64,000 bases of DNA, from contig CADACQ010000007.1 of the NCBI GenBank assembly GCA_902786465.1, positions 20,600 to 84,599 of the forward strand. The letters run 5' to 3'. This DNA is from an uncultured Eubacteriales bacterium (GTDB lineage: Bacteria > Bacillota > Clostridia > Christensenellales > CAG-138). The notes beneath the pieces are model-generated. The model saw only the letters and a list, made by a program, of their open reading frames with translations, did not search any database and was not told the origin of the DNA. Numbering within the stretch: position 1 is the stretch's first letter; the number at the start of each line of letters is the position of its first letter. Of this stretch, positions 54,897 through 63,395 are shown piece by piece. The translations under genes were made by a program, and so were the position numbers.

Positions 54897-54925
54897 AAGG
54901 ACGCCCCGGATGGGGCGTCCTTTTT
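54897..54925. terminator. bidirectional intrinsic terminator
   Basis: AAAGGACGCCCC ggat GGGGCGTCCTTT flanked by A- and T-runs, between convergent genes. Confidence 0.85.
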
Positions 54926-54929
54926 GCTC

Positions 54930-55973
54930 TTACCAGGCGTTTTCCAGGAGGAAGGTGTCTTTCTCGCTATCCTTCTGGTAGTCGTAGTCGTCGAACCAGG
55001 GGGAGTAGGTGGTCACGTGGATGGACCTGAACAGGGGGTCAAAGGTCAAAATGCGCAGATACCCCAGCCCGTTCTTCTTGTCGTCCTGGAAGTTGTACAT
55101 GAGGGCGTTCACGGTGTGGCCGTCCTCGTAGGTCTTCGCCCAGCGGACAGAACCGTCGTTGTGGCCGCAGAGGACCAGGCGAAGGTTGGGGCAGGTTGAC
55201 AGCAGCTCGCTTTCCAGGGTCTTGCCCATGGGGGTCAGATTCCCCTTGTCCGTCAGGAAGCTGTGGACCAGCAGGATCGCCGGCAGGTCGGCATGGTCCG
55301 TCAGCACCGTCTTGGCCCAGGGGAGATACTCCTTGTCGGTCTGCCAGCCGATGCCCAGCAGCAGCACGTCTTCGCCCGCCGCCGTGAAGGTGTCGTACCA
55401 GCAGACCCCGTCCTGATAGAGCTGATCCCCCTCGTCGGCGGCGCAGAACCCGCAGGCCAGGAAGGCGCTGTAGTCCGTCTTGGTGGCTCCCACGTCGTGG
55501 TTCCCCGCCACGCACCACAGGGGGAGCCGGCCCTCAATGAGGCCGATGGCGGCCTTGGCGTTGTCCCAGTGCCGCTGGGCGTTTCGATTGTCCACGATGT
55601 CCCCGGTCATGAGGACCCCCAGGGCGTTCTGCTCCGCGCAGGCGTTGGCCATATAGGCGAAGACTTTGTTGAACACCTTGGGATATCGGTAGGCGTAGAC
55701 CTGGGTGTCGCTGATCCAGTACAGGCTGAAGGGCGTGGGCACGGGGGTGGGGGAGGGCGTGGGCGTAGCGGTGGGCGTGGGCGAAGGCGAAGCGGTGGCT
55801 TCCACGGCCATATAGTCGGTGACGCGCTCTGAGGCGCTTTGGAGTTGCACCTCCACCTTTAGGGGCGTCTGCCCCGTTTTGACGGCGGCGGCGGGCTGGG
55901 CGTCGCATTTCAGCAGCGGCAGGGACAGGGTGATGAGGATGGTGACGAGCAGGACGCGCAACGAACGAAGCAT
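54930..55973 (-). CDS. secreted metallophosphoesterase (calcineurin-like)
   Basis: Start at MLRSLRVLLV (signal peptide). Pro/Thr/Ser linker, then GDIVDN, AGNHD and CGHNDG motifs. Confidence 0.8.
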   Translation of the reverse strand: MLRSLRVLLVTILITLSLPLLKCDAQPAAAVKTGQTPLKVEVQLQSASERVTDYMAVEATASPSPTPTATPTPSPTPVPTPFSLYWISDTQVYAYRYPKVFNKVFAYMANACAEQNALGVLMTGDIVDNRNAQRHWDNAKAAIGLIEGRLPLWCVAGNHDVGATKTDYSAFLACGFCAADEGDQLYQDGVCWYDTFTAAGEDVLLLGIGWQTDKEYLPWAKTVLTDHADLPAILLVHSFLTDKGNLTPMGKTLESELLSTCPNLRLVLCGHNDGSVRWAKTYEDGHTVNALMYNFQDDKKNGLGYLRILTFDPLFRSIHVTTYSPWFDDYDYQKDSEKDTFLLENAW

Positions 55974-56199
55974 GGATCGAAGGACCCCCTTTCTTCTTTG
56001 TGATATCGGAGGCAAGCATAGCACACGAAAAAAAGGGAAGGATGGTTTCGCCATAGGAAGTCAGGGTGGACCCAAACAAGACAGAATAGGGATACGCCCC
56101 TCTTTTTTCGATTTCCTGCAATTTGCCCCTTGTGTAAAACCGCGTTTTATGGCATTAATAAAGGAAGGGAGTCATCCCGAAATATGACCGATAAGGGGA

Positions 56200-57525
56200 A
56201 TGGACATGAAAGGTCTCTTTAACTGGCTGAACAAGACCAAGGTCTTCCGCGACCTGTCGCCGCAGGAGTTCTCTTGGGTGCTGTACGACGTGGGCAACTC
56301 GGCTTATACCATGCTTGCCTGCTCGCTGATCCCGATTTGGTTCAAGGAGCTGGCCATCGGCACGAACCCGGGGCAGATCACCGGCGACCAGGCCACCGCC
56401 TACTATTCCATCGCCATCTCCATCGTGACGGTCATCGTGGCCCTGCTGGGCCCGGTGCTGGGCGCGCTGGCTGACCGCAAGGAGTCCAAGAAGATCTTCT
56501 TCCAGACCACCGTGGCCGCAGGCGTCATCGGCTGCGTCCTCAACAGCTTCACCTGGAGCTGGATGCTGTTCCTCATCGTCTACGTGCTGACCAAGGTGTT
56601 CTATCAGGCGTCCCTGACCTTCTACGATTCCATGCTCAACGACGTGACCACCGAGGAGCGCATGGATGAGGTCTCCTCCTACGGCTACGCCTGGGGCTAC
56701 ATCGGCTCCTGCATCCCCTTCCTGGTGGCCATGGTGGCCTATATCCTGAGCGGCGGCCTCTCTGAGAGCCTGATGCTGTTCTCCCCCTTGGTGGGCAAGA
56801 TCATCGGCTTCGGCGTCACCGCCATCTGGTGGCTGCTGGTGACGCTGCCCCTCATCCGGAACTATCAGCAGAAGAACTACGTGGAGCACACCCACACCTC
56901 CGTGGGCAAGGTGTTCAAAAAGATCTTCGCCACCCTCAAGAAGATCGCCGTCCGGGACAAGAAGGTCCTGTTCTTCCTCATCGCCTTCTTCCTCTACATC
57001 GACGGCGTGGGCACCATCATCGACAACTGCATCAACATCGGCACCGACTTGGGCCTGCCCACCGTGGGCCAGGTGGTGTTCCTGCTGGCTACCCAGGTGG
57101 TGGCCTGGGTCGGCTCGTTGGTCTTCGCCAAGCTTAGCAAAAAGTATAAGACCGTGCCGCTGATCCTGGTCTGCATCGCGGGCTACTTCGCCGTCTGTCT
57201 CTACGCCCTGACGCTGAAGACCCTGCTTCACTTCGGCATCCTGGCCTTCGGCGTGGGCTGCTTCCAGGGCTCCATACAGTCCCTGTCCCGGTCCTACTAC
57301 TCCAAGATCATCCCGCCCGAGAACTCCGGCGAGTACTTCGGCATCTACGACATCTTCTGCAAGGGCGCCTCCTTCCTGGGCTCCGCCGTCATCGCCTGGG
57401 TCAAGCTGGCGGGCGGCACCATCAACATCGCTGTGGCGTCCCTGGCCATCTTCTTCGCCCTGGGCTTCCTGTTCCTAATCATCTCCTCCAAACAGAAGAG
57501 TTTGAACCGTGCTTCCAACGAATAA
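56200..57525 (+). CDS. MFS transporter (UMF1/Atg22-like)
   Basis: 441 aa. N-terminal SWVLYDVGNSAYTM is typical of the UMF1 family; 12 hydrophobic segments. Confidence 0.8.
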   Translation: MDMKGLFNWLNKTKVFRDLSPQEFSWVLYDVGNSAYTMLACSLIPIWFKELAIGTNPGQITGDQATAYYSIAISIVTVIVALLGPVLGALADRKESKKIFFQTTVAAGVIGCVLNSFTWSWMLFLIVYVLTKVFYQASLTFYDSMLNDVTTEERMDEVSSYGYAWGYIGSCIPFLVAMVAYILSGGLSESLMLFSPLVGKIIGFGVTAIWWLLVTLPLIRNYQQKNYVEHTHTSVGKVFKKIFATLKKIAVRDKKVLFFLIAFFLYIDGVGTIIDNCINIGTDLGLPTVGQVVFLLATQVVAWVGSLVFAKLSKKYKTVPLILVCIAGYFAVCLYALTLKTLLHFGILAFGVGCFQGSIQSLSRSYYSKIIPPENSGEYFGIYDIFCKGASFLGSAVIAWVKLAGGTINIAVASLAIFFALGFLFLIISSKQKSLNRASNE

Positions 57526-57527
57526 TT

Positions 57528-57717
57528 CAGTCTGCCGAATCCTGCAGATTCGCCAGACTGAGGCTCCGCCTTCGCTTCGCTTGCAGGTCCCGCTTATACG
57601 CCTGCGGCGTACCGGGCAGCGGGACCTGTAAGGTGTGAGATTCACCGCGCATGTCGCTGAATCTCACATATTCGCAGCCGCGCGTTCTTCCTTCGCAGAT
57701 CGCGTGCGCGCGGCTAC
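57528..57717. other. cluster of four consecutive GC-rich stem-loops in a 225-nt intergenic region
   Basis: CAGTCTGCCGAATC/GATTCGCCAGACTG (57528-57560); CAGGTCCCGCT/AGCGGGACCTG (57584-57628, with inner TACGCC/GGCGTA); GTGAGATTCA/TGAATCTCAC (57635-57667); GCAGCCGCGCG/CGCGCGGCTAC (57675-57717). Confidence 0.7.
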
Positions 57718-57750
57718 ACCGCGCTTGAGAAACTGGAAAGGAACGTAAAA

Positions 57751-58989
57751 ATGTACACTTTTGAAGACAAGCTGAAGGAATACGCCGAGCTGCTGGTCCG
57801 GGTGGGCGTGAACGTGCAGAAGGGCCAGGACCTGGTCGTCACCGCCCAGGTGGATCAGGCGCCCTTCGCCCGCATGTGCGTGAAGGCCGCCTATGAGGCG
57901 GGGGCCCGGTCTGTGGTCGTGGACTGGGGCGACGACGCCGTCAGCCGCATGACCTTTTTGAACGCCGCGGACGACGTGTTCGATTCCATCCCCGAGTATC
58001 GGGTCCGGTTCAACACGGACTTCGCCGAAAAGAACGCCTGCTTCCTGCGCCTGGTGTCCTCCGACCCGGAGAACCTCAAGGGCGTGGACCCCGGCCGTCT
58101 GGAGCGGATGCACCGGGCCTCAGGTCGGCAGATGAAGCGCTATCGGGCCCTGCTCATGAGCAGCGCCGTCCCCTGGAGCATCGGGGCTTTGGCGTCCCCC
58201 TCCTGGGCCAAGCTGGTGTTCCCGGACCTTCCCGAGGCGGAAGCCGTGGCGGCCCTGTGGGAGAGGATCTTCATGGCCGTTCGGGTCACCGGCGACGGCA
58301 CCGCCGTGGAGAAGTGGCGGCAGCATCAGGAGAACCTGCAGCATCACGTGGAGATTTTGAACGGCTACGCCTTCGACCGGCTCCACTACTACAACGCCCT
58401 GGGGTCCGACTTCACCGTGGGCCTCTGTAAGGGCCACATCTGGTGCGCCGGCGGGGAATCCACGCCCAAGGGCCAGTTCTTCATGCCCAACATGCCCACG
58501 GAGGAGGTGTTCACCGCCCCCGATCGGAACCGGTGCGAGGGCGTCATCTGCGCGGCCCTGCCCCTCTGCAAGGACGGGAACGTGATCGAAAACATCCGCT
58601 TCGTGGTGAAGCAAGGGAAGATCGTGGAGGCCGCAGCCTCCCAAAATGAAGAGGTCCTCCAAAAGTCCATCGAGGTGGACGAGGGCGCGTGCCGCTTCGG
58701 CGAGGTGGCCCTGGTGCCCTATGATTCCCCCATCAGCAATGCGAAGACCCTCTTCTACAACACCCTCTTCGACGAGAACGCCGCCTGCCACCTGGCCTTC
58801 GGCGAGGCCTATCCCATGACGGTGCAGGGGGCCATGGACATGAGCGAGGAGGAGCGCCTGGCCGCGGGCCTCAACAAGTCCATCACCCATGTGGACTTCA
58901 TGGTGGGCACGGCGGACCTCTCTATCGACGGCTACACCTCGGACGGCCGCTGCATCCCCGTCTTTAGGAACGGCAACTTCGCCTTCTGA
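57751..58989 (+). CDS. aminopeptidase, family M29 (AmpS/PepS-like)
   Basis: 412 aa. N-terminal LKEYAELLVRVGVNVQKGQDLVVTAQVDQAPFARMCVKAAYEAGA matches the M29 family pattern. Confidence 0.85.
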   Translation: MYTFEDKLKEYAELLVRVGVNVQKGQDLVVTAQVDQAPFARMCVKAAYEAGARSVVVDWGDDAVSRMTFLNAADDVFDSIPEYRVRFNTDFAEKNACFLRLVSSDPENLKGVDPGRLERMHRASGRQMKRYRALLMSSAVPWSIGALASPSWAKLVFPDLPEAEAVAALWERIFMAVRVTGDGTAVEKWRQHQENLQHHVEILNGYAFDRLHYYNALGSDFTVGLCKGHIWCAGGESTPKGQFFMPNMPTEEVFTAPDRNRCEGVICAALPLCKDGNVIENIRFVVKQGKIVEAAASQNEEVLQKSIEVDEGACRFGEVALVPYDSPISNAKTLFYNTLFDENAACHLAFGEAYPMTVQGAMDMSEEERLAAGLNKSITHVDFMVGTADLSIDGYTSDGRCIPVFRNGNFAF

Positions 58990-59020
58990 CGGCGGCAAAT
59001 GTAAAAGAACGTTTAACAAT

Positions 59021-59052
59021 GCGGGAATCTCCCTGGGGAGGTTCCCGCTTTC
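59021..59052 (+). terminator. intrinsic terminator
   Basis: GCGGGAAtCTCC ctgg GGAGgTTCCCGC followed by TTTCTT. Confidence 0.75.
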
Positions 59053-59081
59053 TTGAATTTGTTCGATCCTTCGCGTATAAT
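59053..59081 (+). promoter_or_regulatory. sigma-A-type promoter
   Basis: TTGAAT, 17-nt spacer, TATAAT; 40 nt upstream of ATG 59121. Confidence 0.65.
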
Positions 59082-59120
59082 ATTGCCAAAGCATCCTCAT
59101 ACGCAAAAGGAGAAAGGCCC

Positions 59121-60386
59121 ATGGAGCAGGGGAAGAAAAAGACGTACGCCGTGAAAAACCCGGCCCGGCTGGCCGCCGTGACGGCGGTCGCCGTGGGCGT
59201 CCTGCTGCTGGTCCTGGGATGGGTGTTGTTCCTGGGCCGGGTGCGGCGGCACACGGCGGACCTGGCGGCCTACACCACCCTGACGCGGACGGGGGAGACC
59301 GTCACGGCGGTGCTGGACGTGGACAGCCTTTTGACCGAGCTGGAGCTTCCCGATCCCAGGACCGACCCCAAGGCCGCCCGCAACCCGGCGGTAAAGGCCA
59401 TCCTGAACATGCAGCTTACCCTGGCTTTCACCGAGGAGCCGGACGTGATCGCCGTGACAGCGGACGTGAACGAAGGGGCCCTCAAACGCAAAGGCATCGT
59501 GCTGAAGGAAAGGACCTGGACCAGCCCCGCCAAGGTCCTGCCCCGAACGGCCCCGGAGGAGCCGGCCCTGATCGGGCAGACGGTGGACAAGCCCAAGACC
59601 GTGCTGCAGGAGGGGTATCTCACCGCCCTGCTGGACGAGGAGGGCAAGGGGCTGAACCTGGGGCCCGTGTGCGAAAAAGTGCGCTTCGAGCGGGATCGGC
59701 TCTCAAAAGAGATATTTGGTAACAACTATGTTACAATAAAGACGAATGTATGGTTTATAGTGTATCCGGAGGGCGGCCAGCGACATAACGTGTATCGGGC
59801 CGTCTTCACCCTGGCGGAGACGGGGGAGGCGGAGGTCCGGTCCATTCGGAACTGCTGCTTCACCGTGGACGTGCTGGACCTCAGCTACCGGGCGGGGACC
59901 GGAGTGGGCTTCGCCAAAACGGACGTGGCCATCTATCCCACCTACGAGGAGGCGTCGGATCTGGGCGAGTTCACGGCCCAGGGCTGCGCCATCACGGCGC
60001 TGGCGGGCGGCAGCGTCCCGGGCCCGGAGCGCCCCAGCTTCGATTACAACGGCTTCGTCCGTTTCGTGGGCCTGCCCATGAGCCATCCCCTGCCCGACGG
60101 GAGCCTGTGGTCCCCCAGCTCAGATCCTTTGGAGGAGGACGATCTGTGGCGGCTGGTGGGCAACGGGGAGTACACCATGACGGAGCTGCTGGACTATGTG
60201 TGCATGGAGATCTATGCCCGCCGCGGCTACACCTTCCCCAACGAGGATCAGGCCGCCTATCGGCAGCATTTTGAAGCCTGCGATTGGTACAGGGCCAAAG
60301 AGGACGCCCCGGAACGGTTCATGACCGCCACGGAGCGCGAGAACCTGAACCTGGTGCGCCGGCTGAAGGACCTGCTGGAATCTTGA
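59121..60386 (+). CDS. membrane-anchored YARHG-domain protein
   Basis: Start MEQGKKKTYA behind AAAGGAGAAAGG. One TM helix and a C-terminal YARHG-type motif EIYARRGYTFPNEDQAAYRQHFEACDWY. Confidence 0.8.
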   Translation: MEQGKKKTYAVKNPARLAAVTAVAVGVLLLVLGWVLFLGRVRRHTADLAAYTTLTRTGETVTAVLDVDSLLTELELPDPRTDPKAARNPAVKAILNMQLTLAFTEEPDVIAVTADVNEGALKRKGIVLKERTWTSPAKVLPRTAPEEPALIGQTVDKPKTVLQEGYLTALLDEEGKGLNLGPVCEKVRFERDRLSKEIFGNNYVTIKTNVWFIVYPEGGQRHNVYRAVFTLAETGEAEVRSIRNCCFTVDVLDLSYRAGTGVGFAKTDVAIYPTYEEASDLGEFTAQGCAITALAGGSVPGPERPSFDYNGFVRFVGLPMSHPLPDGSLWSPSSDPLEEDDLWRLVGNGEYTMTELLDYVCMEIYARRGYTFPNEDQAAYRQHFEACDWYRAKEDAPERFMTATERENLNLVRRLKDLLES

Positions 60387-60411
60387 TTGCAAACTATCGG
60401 AGGTACTTGAT

Positions 60412-61248
60412 ATGAAAACGATCCGCACGATCATCGCGACCCTGTCCGGGGTGCTGCTGACCTTCGCCCTGGTGGCCTGGTTCAGCGTCCGCCGGAACGC
60501 CGCCTTCATACAGCGCACCATCTATCAGGGCTTCGACCAGACCTTCGTGGTGGCCCTGGTCATGGGCTGCGCCTTTTTGCTCATCGCCGTGATCCTCACC
60601 GTGGCCATCGTCAGCACCGAGAACGACGAGGAGGATGAGGAGGACGAGGAGGAGCCGCCCCGGCGGCCCCAGCGCCGGCCTGCCGCGGAGCGGATGCCTG
60701 GAGAGCAGCCCTATCGCCGGGTGACCCGGCCCCAGCCCAGGGCCCAGCTGAACGCAGGCCAGGAGGACGGCTTTGCCCGGCCCAAGGCCAAGGCGACGGC
60801 AGAGCAGCCCAGGCCCAAGAAGCGGGAACGGGCCACGGAGAACCCGGACGACATCGTCCTTCGGCGGGAGGAAGCTCCGGTGAAGAAGGCGAAGAAGCCC
60901 GCGCCCCCGGCGGAGGAAGCCCCGGCGGTGGAGCCCGTGCCGGTACCGGCGGCGGAAGCGCCCGCGCCTGTGGAAGAAACGCCGGCAGAGGAAGCTCAGG
61001 TGAAAGAGACGTTGGCGGAAGAAGCGCCGGTCGAGGAGCCCGTGGCGGCGCCTGAACAGGAGCCGGAAGCGGTGGAAGTGCCCGAGCCCGAGTCCACCCC
61101 CGAGCCGGAGGAAGCCCCCGAGGCGGCCGAGGAGGCCCCGGCGGAGGAGCCTGCCCCCGCGAAGGAGGACATGGTCCGCTGCGTCTTCTGCGGCGGGAGC
61201 GTAGCGCGGGGCGTCAAGATCTGCCCGAACTGCGGCAAGATGATGTAA
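60412..61248 (+). CDS. membrane protein with acidic/Pro-Ala-Glu low-complexity region and C-terminal zinc ribbon
   Basis: Two TM helices, a DEEDEEDEEE run, long PAxE repeats, and a C-terminal CVFCGG...CPNCG motif. Confidence 0.75.
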   Translation: MKTIRTIIATLSGVLLTFALVAWFSVRRNAAFIQRTIYQGFDQTFVVALVMGCAFLLIAVILTVAIVSTENDEEDEEDEEEPPRRPQRRPAAERMPGEQPYRRVTRPQPRAQLNAGQEDGFARPKAKATAEQPRPKKRERATENPDDIVLRREEAPVKKAKKPAPPAEEAPAVEPVPVPAAEAPAPVEETPAEEAQVKETLAEEAPVEEPVAAPEQEPEAVEVPEPESTPEPEEAPEAAEEAPAEEPAPAKEDMVRCVFCGGSVARGVKICPNCGKMM

Positions 61249-61260
61249 GGGGTAGGACCC

Positions 61261-62817
61261 ATGGATGCGAAAGGAAGACAAACCCTGTTCATGATCCTCA
61301 CCGTGCTGCTGTGCCTGGCCGTGCTGGCGGCGGGGGTGCTGCTGTGCGTGAACTACTACAGCCAGGGCCGGAACCTGAAGGACGTGGACATGCGCAAATA
61401 CGCCAAGGTGGAGATGGAGGACGAGGTGTACACCGTGTCCGTGGACGCGGACGCCATCGTGAAGGATTTCCACCTGCCCAACCCCAAGACCACCAATCTG
61501 GACCTGACCCGCTTCCCCGACGTGGAGGCGGTCTACTCCCTGACCTTCCTGGTGACCCCCCGGGAGGAGGGCGGCTGGTCCATCCAGACCGGGAGCGATC
61601 GGCCCACCGCCGCGGAAGATCTGAAGCAGGGCGGCCTTCGGCTGGTGAACACCGAGTGGATCTGGACCGAGCAGGACATGAAGAACGCCTACCGGGACGG
61701 CCTCGAATACCCCCGTCGGCTCAGCATGAAGAAATACGTGCTCTGCGGCAAGAACAGCATGGGCGGCTACGTGCTGACGGTGGACCACGAGCGGATGCTC
61801 CGAGCCACCGGCTGGGATCTGCCCGAGGACGAATCCGTCCGCAAGGCCCACACGGGCTATAAGGCCATCGTGAGCCTGGGCTACTACGTATCGCCCCTGA
61901 CGGACGGCTTCCTGGTGGAGACCAGCAGCACGTTGGAGAACGTGTACGCCATGCTCCTCGACAACGGGGTGCGGCTCACGGACACCACCTGGGTCTATAC
62001 CCTGGCGGAGGTGGAGGACCTGTACGCCGAGCAGCACGCGGCCCCGGCGGCCACGCCTGCCCCGGAGAGCGAGCCGGCCCCGGCCGCCAGCCCTGCGCCG
62101 GAAGGGAAGGAGCCCGACAGCCAGCAGATCCTGACCAGCCTCTACCACGTGGACCAGACCCCGGTCCGCAAGGCCATCCAACAGGCCAAGGAGCAGAAGT
62201 ACGGAGCCGCCCTCAAGAGCAGCGAGGTCATCGGCAACTGCTTCGCGGTGGCGAAGACCGACAGCGCGGAGCACGGGAACGTCTTCCGGCTGGTGTACGC
62301 CATCACCACCACCGGCGGCAAGGAGTACCTGGTGGCGGACGCCTTCGATCTTAGAGGGGACGGGCTGCCCATGGCGGACGTGCGGCTGACGGTGGTCAAA
62401 TCCCAGCAGGAGGCCCTGTCTACGGACGCTTTCGACAGCAGCGCCTACACCGTCCACGTGCTGACGGACGGCGGCATGGTTTACGCCGAGGACGGCGGCG
62501 CGTCCCCCTTCGACGGCGACGGGCTTCTGTTCCCCAACAGCCTGACGGAGCGGATCGCCGACGGGGACGTTTGGTCGTTGGCCATCCCGGCGGACAAGAC
62601 CCTGCTGCAGCTCTTGGGCTACGGACGCAACGAGATCTTCGCCCGCTGCGGGAACAAGTTCTCCGACACCAGCGTCTATACCAAGTTCTATTCCAACTAC
62701 CCCTGGTATCAGCCCAAGGGCAGCGTCAGCTATAACACCATCAAGGCAAAGTATCCCGTGGCCGCGGAGAACATCGAGTTCATCAAGGCCATGGAGAAGC
62801 TCGTCAAAGAAGGATAA
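61261..62817 (+). CDS. membrane-anchored YARHG-domain protein (paralogue of 59121..60386)
   Basis: One TM helix and an N-terminal module similar to the first copy (VDADAIVKDFHLPNP versus LDVDSLLTELELPDP). C-terminal GYGRNEIFARCGNKFSDTSVYTKFYSNYPWY. Confidence 0.8.
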   Translation: MDAKGRQTLFMILTVLLCLAVLAAGVLLCVNYYSQGRNLKDVDMRKYAKVEMEDEVYTVSVDADAIVKDFHLPNPKTTNLDLTRFPDVEAVYSLTFLVTPREEGGWSIQTGSDRPTAAEDLKQGGLRLVNTEWIWTEQDMKNAYRDGLEYPRRLSMKKYVLCGKNSMGGYVLTVDHERMLRATGWDLPEDESVRKAHTGYKAIVSLGYYVSPLTDGFLVETSSTLENVYAMLLDNGVRLTDTTWVYTLAEVEDLYAEQHAAPAATPAPESEPAPAASPAPEGKEPDSQQILTSLYHVDQTPVRKAIQQAKEQKYGAALKSSEVIGNCFAVAKTDSAEHGNVFRLVYAITTTGGKEYLVADAFDLRGDGLPMADVRLTVVKSQQEALSTDAFDSSAYTVHVLTDGGMVYAEDGGASPFDGDGLLFPNSLTERIADGDVWSLAIPADKTLLQLLGYGRNEIFARCGNKFSDTSVYTKFYSNYPWYQPKGSVSYNTIKAKYPVAAENIEFIKAMEKLVKEG

Positions 62818-62882
62818 TTTTTTCATCTCCCGCAACCCGAAGACCGGCTGCGGGGTGTTGTGGATGAAGAAGGGAGCATGGG

Positions 62883-63395
62883 GTGGAAGAAAGGATCAGA
62901 CCCACAGCGGCTGCCACCGTGCCGCTGGAGCTGGACGCCCTCTATGAGGCCTACGCCGATATGATCTACCGGCTGGCCCTGGTGCGCACCCGCAACCGGG
63001 CGGACGCGGAGGACGTGCTGCAGGACGTGTTCTTTCGGTGCCTGCGCCGTCAGCCGCACTTCCGGGATCGGGAGCATCAGAAGGCCTGGCTGATCACGGC
63101 GGCCATCAATTCCAGCAAGAGCCTCTTGGGCCGGGCCGACCGTCGTCACGGGGTGGGACCGGAGGCGCTGGAATTCCTGTCCACGGAGGACGATACGGAC
63201 AACAGCGTCTACAACGCCGTCATGCAGCTGCCGGAGAAGTACCGCACCGCCGTGCACCTGTTCTATTACGAGGGCTATTCCGTGGAGGAGATCGGGAAGA
63301 TGACGGAAACCAATCCTTCCACCGTGAAATCCCACCTGCATCGGGCCCGGGAGGCCCTGCGCAAGGTGCTGAAGGAGGATGAGCCGGATGTTTGA
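62883..63395 (+). CDS. ECF-type RNA polymerase sigma factor
   Basis: GTG start. Region 2 AEDVLQDVFFRC and region 4 YYEGYSVEEIGKMTETNPSTVKSHLHRAREAL. Confidence 0.85.
   Translation: MEERIRPTAAATVPLELDALYEAYADMIYRLALVRTRNRADAEDVLQDVFFRCLRRQPHFRDREHQKAWLITAAINSSKSLLGRADRRHGVGPEALEFLSTEDDTDNSVYNAVMQLPEKYRTAVHLFYYEGYSVEEIGKMTETNPSTVKSHLHRAREALRKVLKEDEPDV

Noticed and set aside
60600-61150. Repetitive-looking DNA (acidic run, PAxE repeats) and the EP repeat at 11862..11894, considered as possible CRISPR or other arrays
   Set aside because: The repeats are short, in frame and imperfect, and encode low-complexity protein linkers. There are no regularly spaced direct repeats with unique spacers and no cas genes.
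60394-62835. 813-aa minus-strand ORF
   Set aside because: It is antisense to the zinc-ribbon and YARHG genes. The sequence is low-complexity and Gly/Arg/Leu/His-rich. The sense genes have TM helices, YARHG motifs and good RBSs.
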